From positions 1,824,001 through 1,888,000 of the forward strand of contig OY761556.1 in assembly GCA_963664705.1 (NCBI GenBank): a DNA stretch of 64,000 bases, written 5' to 3'. This stretch comes from Acidobacteriota bacterium. GTDB lineage: Bacteria; Acidobacteriota; UBA6911. The notes beneath the pieces were generated by a model, which made no database searches, was not told the origin of the DNA, and worked only from the letters and a program-made list of their open reading frames with translations. This document shows positions 27,614-38,179 of this stretch, one piece after another. Numbering within the stretch: position 1 is the stretch's first letter; the number at the start of each line of letters is the position of its first letter. Made by a program: the position numbers and the translations under genes.

Positions 27614-29611
27614 ATGCCGAGGAATGCAGGAAGACAATATGGGAGTAGGCTTCTATTTCTTTTCACCTTCTTCATTTGTATCGTTCAATATTCCTCCGCT
27701 CAAAACGACTCTGGCCCTGTGAGTTCATCCTTCAAGATGAGGGTGGATGTCGATCTGGTTACAATCGAGGTCAACGCCCTCGATCGGAGCGGACAGGCAT
27801 CGCTGAATCTGAAGAAGGAGGATTTTCAGCTTTATGAAGATGGGAAAAAGCAGGAAATCCAGAGCTTTGATGCGGTGAGCAGTCAATCGGCAAGCTCTCC
27901 CAAAGAAATGTCTCTTCTGGATGACGGCGGGCGGAAACATGGCAAGACGGTACTGATCGTCTTTATGGAGCACTCGATTTCCCCGCGAAACCAGAAGCTG
28001 GCCCGTGATTCCATCGCCAATTTCGTTGCACGGCATATGCGTCCCCAGGATCTTTTTGCTGTAATGTCTTTTGGGGCATCCATGAAGACCCTGCAAAACC
28101 TCACGGGTGAACGGGAAGAGGTGCTGACTGCGGTCCAGATGCTCGCTCCCAGCATGGTTGTATCCTTTTCTTTTGACGACTTCCTGCGCTCGCTCGAACA
28201 GATCCATTATTCCATTGCACGCTTGAAAGGACAGAAATCAATTCTCGTGTTTGGCGCTCCCGGATTGGGCTATGCCCCCATGGATCGCACCCGCTATAAC
28301 AAAACGGTGGAATCTGCGCGGCAGTCCAACGTGGCTATTTATGCTGCAGATCCCGAGAGAGGCATCGGAAGTGGAGAATATGCCGGTGCCGGTCGGGCGG
28401 TCGGCACTCGGTTCGATCCTGCTTCGCTGCCTCCCGAGCTGGCAGGCTCGTTGCAGGGGTCGAAAAGCATCAGCACCGCGGGCGGGCTGGTTCCGCTAAC
28501 GCTCAAAACCCTGGCTAATGAAACCGGCGGCTACTCGATTGACAATGTGCTTGATCTGGATGCTGCGCTGGATAAGCTCGATCAGCAACTCAGCAATTAC
28601 TACATTCTGGGTTTTCAATCCACCAACCCGAAACGCGATGGAAGTTACCGCAAAATCGTAATCAAGACCAATGTGAAAGGTGTCGCGCTTCGGCATCGGG
28701 AGGGATACCTGGACCGGAATCCCGTAGACATACTTGCCAGCTCAAAACAGGAGAAAGGCCTGTTGACAGCACTGTCCACTCCCGGTGCAATAAAGAGGGT
28801 GCCGGTCGATTTTCGCCCGATCTATTTCTACGATTCGCCGAAAAGTGCCCGGGTCCTGATCGAGTCGAGAATTCGATTGGAAAAGATCGCCTTCCGAAAA
28901 AGGGGCGGGCAAATGGGCGCCGATCTGAATGTAATGGGTATTGCCTATGCGGAGGATGGCAGCATTGCCGCGAGATTCAGCGAAACTCTGCCGGTAAATT
29001 TCGATAAGGAAAATGAAGCATCTTTGCGAATGAGGAGCCTCGCCTATCGAAGTTATGTCAAGTTGCGGCCGGGGAAATATCGGCTGAAACTGGCCGTTTC
29101 TGATGATTCCGACAATGTGGGTTCGACCGAGAAATCCGTGGAAATTCCTCCTTTCCCGAATACCGGTATTGCGATCAGTAGCGTGGTGCTCGCTGAACAG
29201 ATGTCGTTATTACCGGATTTGATCCGAAATCTGCAAAACCAGATGCTGGGCCAAAGGGATCCGCTCATTCATGGCGGCACACGCGTGGAACCGGGAGTCG
29301 AAAACAAGATGCGCGGCAATTCTCCGGCTCGAATATTGCTCCGCCTCTATAACCTAAAGGGCGGGCCCGAAGAGTGCGACCTGATTGCAAAGACAAAACT
29401 GGTGGATGCGAAAGGAGCGGAAACGGCACTGACGCCAATGTACCTTAAAAAAATGATGGATTTTTCCGGGGGTGGCGAGGCGGGTGTGGGATTAACGATT
29501 CCACTCAAGGAGATCCCGCCCGGGTCGTACCGGCTTGTTATTGAAATTGTAGATGCAATCTCTCCGACAACGATCACCGGGTCGACCGATATCGAGATCA
29601 TCGGCCAATAG
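27614..29611 (+). CDS. Acidobacterial-type VWA domain secreted protein
   Basis: VDVDLV, EDFQLYEDGK, ETGG, YYILGF..DG.YRKI, HREGY. Confidence 0.85.
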   Translation: MPRNAGRQYGSRLLFLFTFFICIVQYSSAQNDSGPVSSSFKMRVDVDLVTIEVNALDRSGQASLNLKKEDFQLYEDGKKQEIQSFDAVSSQSASSPKEMSLLDDGGRKHGKTVLIVFMEHSISPRNQKLARDSIANFVARHMRPQDLFAVMSFGASMKTLQNLTGEREEVLTAVQMLAPSMVVSFSFDDFLRSLEQIHYSIARLKGQKSILVFGAPGLGYAPMDRTRYNKTVESARQSNVAIYAADPERGIGSGEYAGAGRAVGTRFDPASLPPELAGSLQGSKSISTAGGLVPLTLKTLANETGGYSIDNVLDLDAALDKLDQQLSNYYILGFQSTNPKRDGSYRKIVIKTNVKGVALRHREGYLDRNPVDILASSKQEKGLLTALSTPGAIKRVPVDFRPIYFYDSPKSARVLIESRIRLEKIAFRKRGGQMGADLNVMGIAYAEDGSIAARFSETLPVNFDKENEASLRMRSLAYRSYVKLRPGKYRLKLAVSDDSDNVGSTEKSVEIPPFPNTGIAISSVVLAEQMSLLPDLIRNLQNQMLGQRDPLIHGGTRVEPGVENKMRGNSPARILLRLYNLKGGPEECDLIAKTKLVDAKGAETALTPMYLKKMMDFSGGGEAGVGLTIPLKEIPPGSYRLVIEIVDAISPTTITGSTDIEIIGQ

Positions 29612-30041
29612 TGACGGTAGCGCCAATTAGGGGTTGTGAAAATGTCCGAGCGCACCCTCGGTCGCGGCTGAGAAGAAGACGCCAAAGCTGAGGTGCTACA
29701 TAGGCATTTCCCTCAGTCCAGCGGATTGCTTTTGCAAGCTCATACTGACAAATAAAGCGAAAGTGATCGCATTTCTTGCCCGTGCGGTATTTATACAGTA
29801 CCGGGAGGGCGCGCTTATCTCTCAGCTGACCCAAGGCCCACACGGCCTGGTTCCGGTTCCGCAAATCGCAACCCTGGCAATCCACAACCGCTATCAATGC
29901 TTCAATCCGATCGCCCGGGAATGCGCGCATTGCATTCTGTGAATCGTGTTCCACCCCCACGCCAATAAGCCCTTCAAGTCCAATAAAGGCCAGAATAATC
30001 AGCGCGGCGACAATACCCAGGATGCAGACGGCAATTCTCAT
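29598..30041 (-). CDS. Small membrane-anchored HEAT-repeat protein
   Basis: N-terminal TM helix; RNQAVWALGQLRDKRALP. Start uncertain. Confidence 0.7.
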   Translation of the reverse strand: MRIAVCILGIVAALIILAFIGLEGLIGVGVEHDSQNAMRAFPGDRIEALIAVVDCQGCDLRNRNQAVWALGQLRDKRALPVLYKYRTGKKCDHFRFICQYELAKAIRWTEGNAYVAPQLWRLLLSRDRGCARTFSQPLIGATVTIGR

Positions 30042-30181
30042 TTTGGGCTCGGGTGTTTGGATAACCTGCTCAGCATATTTTACACCAATGAATGCGTTCA
30101 CGTTCCTTTTATGTTATCGTCTCGCTCGAACTTTTAAACAATTGAATAAGAAGTCATCAACCTCGTTTTAAAGAAGGAATT

Positions 30182-32575
30182 ATGAACATGAGATATTCCT
30201 CGCTGATGGTCATGGCTATCGGAGTTCTGGCCTTTTTGCAGATTACATGTGGCAAACCTCCACAATTGGGCAAGAGCGCAGTCAAGGATGTGATCAATGC
30301 AATGACTCTTGAGGAAAAGGCCTATTTTGTTACCGGAACAGGATCAAATATAGGAACCCCGGGAGGGAAGGCGCCAGAGGAAAGGGCGGGCGGAGCGCCC
30401 TCCGTCGGGCAAACCGATAAACTGGTCCCTGGTGCCGCCGGAACGACCTATGAAATTGCGAGGCTTGGAATTCCCGCCATGGTTCTGGCTGATGGCCCGG
30501 CAGGGCTAAGAATCAGTCCGAAGCGCCCGAATGATTCCGCAACTTACTACTGCACCGCATTTCCGGTCTCCACGCTGGTGGCTTCGACCTGGGATCCGGA
30601 CCTGGCCTACAAGGTCGGACAGGCAATGGGGAATGAGGTTCTCGAGTACGGTGCTGATGTATTACTCGGACCGGCGATGAATATTCATCGAAATCCTCTT
30701 TGTGGGAGAAACTTTGAATACCTTTCCGAAGACCCTTTGATTACCGGGAAAATTGCAGCATCCATTGTTAACGGAGTTGAATCCCAGGGGGTCGGGACTT
30801 CGATCAAGCACTTTGCGGCCAATAATGCGGAAACCAACCGGAACGCCCTGGACACGATTGTCAGCGAGCGGGCTCTTCGCGAGATCTACCTGGAAGGATT
30901 CCGGATTGTAGTCGAGGAAGCGCAGCCTTGGACGGTAATGTCGTCCTATAACCTCATTAATGGAGTGTTTACTTCCGAAAGCCATGATTTGCTGACGGCT
31001 GTGCTGCGGAATGACTGGGGATTCCAGGGGGTGGTGGTATCCGACTGGTTTGGTGGCGTGGATCCGATCGCGCAGATGAAGGCAGGGAATGAGCTGTTGA
31101 TGCCCGGAACTATTGCTCAGGCCAATACCATTATTCGGGGAGTGCGGGAAGGGAAGCTCGACGTTGCTCAATTGGACAAAAATATCGAGAGGATACTGAA
31201 CATAATTGTCCAGAGCCCGAGATTCAAAGGGTACAAGTATTCAAATAAGCCGGACATGAAGGCTCATGCCGCCGTTGCCCGCATGACGGCTGCAGAAGGA
31301 ATGGTATTGCTTAAGAACGAGAAGGAAACGCTGCCCTTGCCGGCTGGCCGGAAGATTGCAGCATTTGGAAACACATCCTACGATATCATCACCGGGGGAA
31401 CCGGGAGCGGTGATGTCAATGAGGCCTACAGCATTTCGCTGGTAGAGGGTCTGAAAAACGCCGGATATACGCTAAACGAGGAATTGCAGGGATTGTATGG
31501 AGCCTACATCCTCGATGCCAAGGCAAAGCAGCCCAAGGCCCGCGATTTCATGCCGAAAATACCTATTGAAGAAATGATCGTGCCGGAAAAAATAGCATCG
31601 AAAATGGCAGCGGAAGCGGACGCCGCGCTGATAACCATCGGCCGCAATTCCGGAGAGTTTTTCGACCGTAAGGTCGAGGGGGACTTCAATTTCACTTCAA
31701 AGGAAAATAGCCTGATCCAGCTTGTTACGAAGGCATTTCATGCAAAGGGCAAAAAGGCTATTGTTGTTTTGAATATCGGCGGCGTCGTTGAGACCGCAAG
31801 CTGGAGCCGAATGCCCGACGCCATTCTTCTTGCCTGGCAGGGAGGGCAGGAGAGCGGAAACTCTATTGCGGATGTAATCAGCGGACAGGTGAATCCATCC
31901 GGCAAATTGGCATCCACGTTCCCCGCGCGCTATGAGGATGTTCCTTCTTCAAAAAATTTCCCGGGCGTGATTGTCGATAAATCGCCGGGCAGCTCTGCAG
32001 ATCCATTGGATGGCATGAGTGCGTTCCAGAATCCGAAGGCTTCTCGAATTGTTTATGAAGAAGGCATCTATGTGGGATATCGCTACTACGAGACCTTCGG
32101 AATAAAGCCAGCCTACGAATTCGGATATGGCCTCTCCTATACTACTTTCGAATTCGGCAATCCCTTGATAAGCACTCCTTCAGCAGCCGGTGAGATCACG
32201 GCATCACTCGAAGTTAAAAATATCGGTAAAGCTGCGGGGAAAGAAGTGGTTCAGCTGTACCTGGGGGCACCCGGCAAGAAACTCGAGAAGCCGGCCATAG
32301 AACTCAAGGCCTTCTGCAAAACGAAGCTGCTGAAGCCTGGAGAAGTTCAAAAGGTGAGCTTTATCATAAAGCCGCGACAACTTGCATCCTTTGATCCGGC
32401 GACATCGAGCTGGATTGCTGAAGCCGGCAAGTATGAACTGAAGCTGGGCGCATCTTCGCGTGACATCCGGCAAGCCGCTTCGTTTATACTTGATAATGAT
32501 CTGGTAGTGAAAAAGGAAAGCAATGTGCTGCTTCCCAAGGAAAAGATTAACGAGCTCAGAAGAAAGGCTCTTTAG
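30182..32575 (+). CDS. GH3 beta-glucosidase, probably a lipoprotein
   Basis: ADGPAG, GRNFEY.SEDP, KHF, MSSYN, VSDW nucleophile, VGYRYY, FGYGLSYT, Fn3-like C-terminus. Confidence 0.95.
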   Translation: MNMRYSSLMVMAIGVLAFLQITCGKPPQLGKSAVKDVINAMTLEEKAYFVTGTGSNIGTPGGKAPEERAGGAPSVGQTDKLVPGAAGTTYEIARLGIPAMVLADGPAGLRISPKRPNDSATYYCTAFPVSTLVASTWDPDLAYKVGQAMGNEVLEYGADVLLGPAMNIHRNPLCGRNFEYLSEDPLITGKIAASIVNGVESQGVGTSIKHFAANNAETNRNALDTIVSERALREIYLEGFRIVVEEAQPWTVMSSYNLINGVFTSESHDLLTAVLRNDWGFQGVVVSDWFGGVDPIAQMKAGNELLMPGTIAQANTIIRGVREGKLDVAQLDKNIERILNIIVQSPRFKGYKYSNKPDMKAHAAVARMTAAEGMVLLKNEKETLPLPAGRKIAAFGNTSYDIITGGTGSGDVNEAYSISLVEGLKNAGYTLNEELQGLYGAYILDAKAKQPKARDFMPKIPIEEMIVPEKIASKMAAEADAALITIGRNSGEFFDRKVEGDFNFTSKENSLIQLVTKAFHAKGKKAIVVLNIGGVVETASWSRMPDAILLAWQGGQESGNSIADVISGQVNPSGKLASTFPARYEDVPSSKNFPGVIVDKSPGSSADPLDGMSAFQNPKASRIVYEEGIYVGYRYYETFGIKPAYEFGYGLSYTTFEFGNPLISTPSAAGEITASLEVKNIGKAAGKEVVQLYLGAPGKKLEKPAIELKAFCKTKLLKPGEVQKVSFIIKPRQLASFDPATSSWIAEAGKYELKLGASSRDIRQAASFILDNDLVVKKESNVLLPKEKINELRRKAL

Positions 32576-32605
32576 TCGTTATCCCAAAGATCAAGGAGTA
32601 ACGAT

Positions 32606-33118
32606 ATGAAACTGGATGATGCCATCAGAACCGCTTTGGAATACGAGACGGGAGTCCACCAACTGTACCTGGATGCAATGAACGCGACTAAAGATCCGGC
32701 GGCCAAAAAGATATTCAAGGTTTTGTGCGACGAAGAAAAGGGGCATGTCGACTATTTGCGACATTGTCTGGATGAGTGGCAGAAAACCGGCAAAATCCAG
32801 GCGGGGGAGCTGAAAACGTCCATTCCCGGCAGGGAAGCCATCGACAGGAGCCTGCAGGATCTTCAGCGGAATATGAAGCCAAAGCCGACACATCGCCCCG
32901 AACTGGATCTTTTACAGAAGGCCCTGGAGGCCGAAATCAAAACCAGCAATTTCTACAAGGAAATGGTGAGCGCCCTCGATGGCGAAGGGCAAAAGCTCTT
33001 TAAGCGATTTGTCGAGATTGAGGAGGGACACGAGGCGATCGTGCAGGCGGAAATCAACACCGTCAGCAATATGGGATTCTGGTTTGATACCGCGGAGTTC
33101 CGTCTGGAGAATGAATAA
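32606..33118 (+). CDS. Ferritin/rubrerythrin-like protein
   Basis: ALEYE..Y..EEKGH and ALEAE..FY..EEGH. Confidence 0.88.
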   Translation: MKLDDAIRTALEYETGVHQLYLDAMNATKDPAAKKIFKVLCDEEKGHVDYLRHCLDEWQKTGKIQAGELKTSIPGREAIDRSLQDLQRNMKPKPTHRPELDLLQKALEAEIKTSNFYKEMVSALDGEGQKLFKRFVEIEEGHEAIVQAEINTVSNMGFWFDTAEFRLENE

Positions 33119-33120
33119 TC

Positions 33121-33272
33121 CGGGAGAACCGCCGTCTCGGCGCTGGGATGGCTAATGCCGTATACTTTTGGCAAAAAGGCTCGCCCGAATGAGAACCGTG
33201 AAGGGCGGTAGCTTGCTGCCGCCTTTGAAAACCATAAAAGCCGAAGGCTGTAGCAAGCTGCCGCACTCCGAA
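33121..33272. repeat. Composite palindromic repeat, copy C, with an inverted REP-like doublet
   Basis: 33121-33228 aligns with 11767-11865; 33200-33227 and 33244-33272 are imperfect inverted copies. Lies between convergent genes. Confidence 0.75.
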
Positions 33273-33334
33273 GGGCTTCCCGCTGGACAACCAGCATGCA
33301 GCATTAGCCGGGATGTAAGCTCTCCTGGCAGAAA

Positions 33335-34186
33335 TCATTCGCTGGCGTTGTTGTGGCGCCCGGCCGGCCACCACGATTGTTTGTCAAAGTCAGGGTATCG
33401 GAAGGCTTTGATCCGAGCCTGCGTTGCCGGAGCAATCAGGTATTCCTGGAAGGATGTCGCAGCCTTGGCATTCACTCCGGTTACCTTCTCGGGATTTACC
33501 ACTATCGAAACCATTATCCTTTGAAATAGCGGATCGCCCGTCACAAGAGGCTCGAGGTTCAGTTGCGATTGGCGCTTGGCTCGAAGGAATGGGGATAATC
33601 CCCATAGAACATAGGCTCCCTTTTCGGAGGCTTCGCGCGCGGCCTCCCTGCCATTTGATTTTGTTGTCAGGTACCATTCCCCTTTGGCGGGTTCTCCGGC
33701 CGAAATCCACAGAAGGTCTTCAAGATATTTTGTTCCCGCGCCCTGGTTGGGCAGAAAACGGGATTTTGTGCCTGCAATTTTGCGGAATGCTTCGGTTGCA
33801 TCAGCCAGACCACGAATGTGAGCGGGATCGGAAGGTGGGCCCAGGAGTGCCATTTGATTGGCAAACACAGGATGGGGCCATAACCCCAATTTCTCGGAAA
33901 TAAAGGGCTGTACGCCTTCATGGCCATAGTGGGAAATGACCAGATCCGCTTTTCCGTTGCGGGCTTCGGCAAAAGGGTCGTTTCCCGTGTAGACGATCTG
34001 AGCGTCGTTTCCCGTCTGCTTTTTGTACTCGGGCAAGAGCGTTTTTACAAGATCGTCCGGCACATTTACCAGCGCCAGTCGAACTGTTGCCGTTTGGGCA
34101 TGGGAAAACTGAATTCTTTCGCAAATCATGCCGGATAGCAGAACCACGAAAACAACAAACATTCCTGTGCGAAAAATCTTTGCCAT
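33335..34186 (-). CDS. TupA-like periplasmic oxyanion-binding protein (atypical, orphan)
   Basis: A+.G.ADL..H, N..LLGP.SDPA.I, AF.KIA, VNP, LI.P.TQ..I; signal peptide from ATG at 34186. Confidence 0.7.
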   Translation of the reverse strand: MAKIFRTGMFVVFVVLLSGMICERIQFSHAQTATVRLALVNVPDDLVKTLLPEYKKQTGNDAQIVYTGNDPFAEARNGKADLVISHYGHEGVQPFISEKLGLWPHPVFANQMALLGPPSDPAHIRGLADATEAFRKIAGTKSRFLPNQGAGTKYLEDLLWISAGEPAKGEWYLTTKSNGREAAREASEKGAYVLWGLSPFLRAKRQSQLNLEPLVTGDPLFQRIMVSIVVNPEKVTGVNAKAATSFQEYLIAPATQARIKAFRYPDFDKQSWWPAGRHNNASE

Positions 34187-34408
34187 GGAGCACTCCTGAT
34201 AGGCAGGGAATGACTTCCTGTGCCGGCACAGCATCCGATGAATCTGGGGCACAGGGTCGACAATCCCGATATTCACGAAACCCAAAGGGGCCGGACTCAT
34301 AATGGCAGTAGCCCGATCCCAAAATCAACCAAGGAGTAGATAGCACACTTAAAGGAATCCCGCCCTGAAAACTTCTGGCAGGAACCATTGGAGCAGTCGG
34401 TCATTTTT

Positions 34409-35233
34409 TTAGGAATGGATTCCCAGCAGGCGGGCGCAATTTGCTCCCTTAATGGCCTCCTTAGCATCGTCATTCAGCCACGGGATGGCGTCCAGCAATG
34501 GCAAATCCTGTTGCGGGGAGCGCAGCGGATAGTCACTGCCAAACAGAATTTTTTCGACGCCATGGCCGGAGACAATGCGTCGCAGCAAGGTTGGATCTAT
34601 ATAGGGGAGCGTGCTTGAGGTATCGAGATAAACGTCTCGCCCTACCAAATGGCACAGAACTTCTTCCCAAAACAGATATCCGCCCATATGCGCGGCAATG
34701 GCGCGGAGGTTTGGAAACTCGTCAAGAATGGTCGCCAATTTATGGGGTGTGCTCAAATTGGTATGGCATGTCTGACGGTCTCCGATGTGCACCATGAGGA
34801 CAAAATCGCGCTCCACCTCTGCGAAGAAGTCTCTGAGGCGGGAATCCGCAAGGTCAATACCCTGAAACTCCGGATGCAGTTTGATGCCCTTGATGCCGGC
34901 GCTTCGAAGTCTCTGAATCTCCTCCTGCCATTGCGGGTGATCCGGGTGGTACGTTCCGAAAGGGATGATCTGCGGTTTGGCCGGAGCAGAGCGTCCGGAA
35001 GCCGAATCGGCCGCCAGCTGGATGATCCAGTCATTGGCAGGGGCAACCTGTTCCGGCTTGGTCGCTGCAATAAGAAGAACCACGGCGTCTATGCTTGCCT
35101 CGGAAGCAACCGAGATGAGGTCTTCCAGGCGACCTCCGAAATTAGTGGGCAGACTATAGTAGTCGACAAGTTGATAAACAGCCCTCTCGGCAATTTTGTC
35201 GGCAAATGCGTGCGCGTGACAATCGATAATCAT
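34409..35233 (-). CDS. Amidohydrolase family (Amidohydro_2) protein
   Basis: IIDCHAH, GIKLHP, VHIG, AAHMGG, DTSS, FGSDYP; true start probably 35233. Confidence 0.92.
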   Translation of the reverse strand: MIIDCHAHAFADKIAERAVYQLVDYYSLPTNFGGRLEDLISVASEASIDAVVLLIAATKPEQVAPANDWIIQLAADSASGRSAPAKPQIIPFGTYHPDHPQWQEEIQRLRSAGIKGIKLHPEFQGIDLADSRLRDFFAEVERDFVLMVHIGDRQTCHTNLSTPHKLATILDEFPNLRAIAAHMGGYLFWEEVLCHLVGRDVYLDTSSTLPYIDPTLLRRIVSGHGVEKILFGSDYPLRSPQQDLPLLDAIPWLNDDAKEAIKGANCARLLGIHS

Positions 35234-35419
35234 ATAAAAGGTCTCATCTACACTTGGCAACTCCCTAACGGGACGCCACGTCAATAGGCGAACCGGCGAT
35301 TTTACGCCTTCGGCAAAAAAATGCGAGGGTTTTGATGAAGGTTTTTCAAAAGAGTGCGACGTTCCACCCTGCCGGAGTATAATTCGGTGCAAATTCCATC
35401 CTGAAAAGGAGAACCCACC

Positions 35420-36202
35420 ATGCCGGAACAATCTCACCAGATTATTCGAGAGCTTCTCGCAAGCAGCAATCCTCAGGAAATCCAGAAAGGTCTGGGCCTG
35501 ATTGCGAGCGAAATTAAAAAAGCCGGTTCTGAGGAAGGGCGACATCTGTTTGAAATGGTAGCCACGATTTTTTATATCGATGCTTTGGATCGACCCGAAC
35601 TGGTTCCTGTTTTGGAGGAAGCGATAGATTTAACGGCTCATTTCGGGCCATGGATCATCCCTGTTCTGATCGAGAACCTTGATGCGGGAGACATAAAGGC
35701 GCAGTGGGCTATTGCTCATGTTTTGGGAAGAATAGGTGCGCGTGCCATCGACCCGATGTTGCAGGCGTATGCGGCCACGGACAAAGTTTCGCTGCGAACA
35801 TTTATTCTCTATGCGCTGGGCAAAATAAAATCGCCCGAAATTGCCAATGCTGCCCCAATTGCTCTGAACGCAGCACGATCAACGGATCTGGAGATGCGTG
35901 ACACTGCCGTTCGAACTCTGGGCAAACTGATTGAGAGCATTCCAAAGGAAATATTGAAGCCTGAAATCAGACAGGATATTGCAAATTGCCTGTACACGCA
36001 GCTGTCGGATGAAAATGCCAGCGTTCGTTCCAAGGCTGTACGCAGCCTTGGAAAAATGGCAGGGAAAGGTCATTTGTCGGATGGAGAGCGTGAACAACTG
36101 CAAAAGGCCTGCCGAACCATTCTGGGGACCGAAGGAGGGGAATGGGATAGGGCCTTTATCGTGCGTAAGGAAGCCTGGGAGACGCTTCGCATTCTTCAGT
36201 GA
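35420..36202 (+). CDS. HEAT-repeat protein
   Basis: Repeated (R)..A..LG(K/R)(I/L/M) helical units; AGGAG RBS. Confidence 0.8.
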   Translation: MPEQSHQIIRELLASSNPQEIQKGLGLIASEIKKAGSEEGRHLFEMVATIFYIDALDRPELVPVLEEAIDLTAHFGPWIIPVLIENLDAGDIKAQWAIAHVLGRIGARAIDPMLQAYAATDKVSLRTFILYALGKIKSPEIANAAPIALNAARSTDLEMRDTAVRTLGKLIESIPKEILKPEIRQDIANCLYTQLSDENASVRSKAVRSLGKMAGKGHLSDGEREQLQKACRTILGTEGGEWDRAFIVRKEAWETLRILQ

Positions 36203-36272
36203 ATGTCTGGTGGAACTGTTGTGCAGCCTCGATGCCTGATTTTTTGACATGAATCTGATAAGGAGGAAGTCC

Positions 36273-36815
36273 ATGAGGGAATCAAGGATCGCTGTGTCCA
36301 GTATCGCGCTTTTTCTGGTAGTAATCTCGTCGGCATTCGCTCAAAGCCAATACGGTGAGGATCGATCATTGATAGAAGATCTTCAGGCGCGCTATATGTT
36401 TGCACTGGATTTTCGCGATGCGGACGCCTATGCCTCTACGTTTACTCCAGATGGAATTTTGGATTATGGAGCTGGGGAAATTCGCGGCAGGGAAGCAATC
36501 CGCAATTTCGTTGTCGAAAGCCGCAAAAATGCGGCAGACCAGCGCGCCAAAGACACATCCGGGCTTCGACCGGCAGCGGGTCGACACAATATTTCAAATA
36601 TCGTTCTTAGGATTGCCGGGAACAAGGCGGTCGGTCGGGCTTATTGGTTTCACATGGGAAATAACAATCCTAAACGAGCTTCTGAACTGGACTCCTTTGG
36701 CCACTATGAAGATGAAATGGTGAAGGTGGACGGCAAATGGCTTTTCAGCAAGCGCAAGATCTATAACGAACAGGTGGATAAATGGGCTGCAGGTGACAAA
36801 AATCCTGCCTGGTGA
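36273..36815 (+). CDS. Secreted SnoaL-like/NTF2 family protein
   Basis: IEDL.ARY..ALD, FTPDG, RH.ISN, GHYED..W.F..R; AGGAGG RBS; signal peptide. Confidence 0.85.
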   Translation: MRESRIAVSSIALFLVVISSAFAQSQYGEDRSLIEDLQARYMFALDFRDADAYASTFTPDGILDYGAGEIRGREAIRNFVVESRKNAADQRAKDTSGLRPAAGRHNISNIVLRIAGNKAVGRAYWFHMGNNNPKRASELDSFGHYEDEMVKVDGKWLFSKRKIYNEQVDKWAAGDKNPAW

Positions 36816-37016
36816 TTCTGCGTTTAGCGAAATCGTTGAACCCTGCGCGCGTCCGAAGGAATTCCTGCGTGCGCGGATGGAATTGCGACGATGCGAGGTT
36901 GAGATATCCCTTTTTAGGAGTGGAGCTGAAAGACAAAAGCGTGCGTAAAACAGACTACGCCCAGGAAATCTTCTAGGGATTGCATACTGCCATGGGTGGG
37001 AGCCATTAATATTTAA

Positions 37017-37093
<77 letters not shown>

Positions 37094-37198
37094 ACCTCAT
37101 CAAAGGCGCCGAATAATAGCCTATTTATTGCGCACAGTTCAAGACGTTTAGTGCAAATCTTTCAAAAAAACTCCGATTTGCCATTCCAAAGCCCATCC

Positions 37199-37226
37199 TT
37201 GACAAGAAAAGTCCGATTGCTAAACT
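37199..37226 (+). promoter_or_regulatory. Putative sigma70 promoter
   Basis: TTGACA-16 nt-TAAACT with TGn extended -10, upstream of 37265. Confidence 0.55.
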
Positions 37227-37264
37227 GATTTTGACGTGCCCCCCCGGGTTTTGCGAGGGGGTGT

Positions 37265-38179
37265 ATGATGAAATTCTGGCAACGATGGGCCCTTCTACCT
37301 CTCTTTCTGCTGGCATCTACAACAGGAATCTCCTGGGACAATAAGGACTTTCAGAGACCCGTTTTCAGGGTCGGAGTAGATACAGTCTTCCTGCAGGTCT
37401 CCGTGGTGGATAAGCAGGATCGCAGTGTTCTCGGGCTGGTACGGGATGATTTCAGGGTTTTTGAAGACAAGGTGGAACAGCAGATTTCTGCCTTTGCGCA
37501 GGAAGTCTCACCCGTAAGCATAGGAATTCTACTCGATCGAAGCGGAAGCATGAAATCTCACAACAACATCGCGTCCGCGCGTGCCGCCATTGGTGAATTT
37601 TTGTCACGAGTGCAGAAGGGGGACGAATTTTTTCTAATTGCCTTTAACCAAAATGCGAAGCTGCTCAAGGATTTTACAGATGATGGCAATGCCATCATCA
37701 ACGAGGGGGCGCTCCTGAATCCATCCGGGCAAACAGCCATTTGGGATGCTGTTTATATGGGCCTTGATAAGATGAAATCGGCCAAAAATGAACGCAAAGC
37801 GCTCATCCTGATAACGGACGGCGAGGACAATAGCAGTCGCTACAGCTCCACAGAGGTTCGGGAGTTTGCCAAGGAATCGGATACGCAGATCTATGCAATT
37901 GGGGAGCCTGGGGACCTGGGGTATGGTCCGAGCGAAATCACAACAATCGTTGGACTGACGGGTGGTCGCGCATTTTTTCCGGAAAACCTGAATGGACTCG
38001 ACTATTATATGGGCTTGATCAATGCCGAGTTACGTAACCAATACCTGATAGGATATTCCCCTTCGCGAAAGGATCATGACGGGAAGTGGCGAAAGATCCA
38101 GGTAAAACTCGAGGACATCAAGGGGATGCCAAAACTGGCGGTTCGCGCCCGGGAAGGATATTATTCCCCTAAAAACTAA
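37265..38179 (+). CDS. Acidobacterial-type VWA domain protein with intact MIDAS
   Basis: LLDRSGSM (DxSxS), T..WDA, ITDGEDNSS, TGG, DGKWRKI. Confidence 0.9.
   Translation: MMKFWQRWALLPLFLLASTTGISWDNKDFQRPVFRVGVDTVFLQVSVVDKQDRSVLGLVRDDFRVFEDKVEQQISAFAQEVSPVSIGILLDRSGSMKSHNNIASARAAIGEFLSRVQKGDEFFLIAFNQNAKLLKDFTDDGNAIINEGALLNPSGQTAIWDAVYMGLDKMKSAKNERKALILITDGEDNSSRYSSTEVREFAKESDTQIYAIGEPGDLGYGPSEITTIVGLTGGRAFFPENLNGLDYYMGLINAELRNQYLIGYSPSRKDHDGKWRKIQVKLEDIKGMPKLAVRAREGYYSPKN

Noticed and set aside
34409-35545. Long N-terminal extension of the amidohydrolase in the ORF track
   Set aside because: It overlaps the divergent HEAT gene, and the family motif begins at 35233. Similar over-extended starts were trimmed for several other CDS.
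36842-36884. Two imperfect ~22-bp direct repeats (cctgcg.gcg..ga.ggaatt)
   Set aside because: Only two degenerate copies with no spacers; not a CRISPR array.
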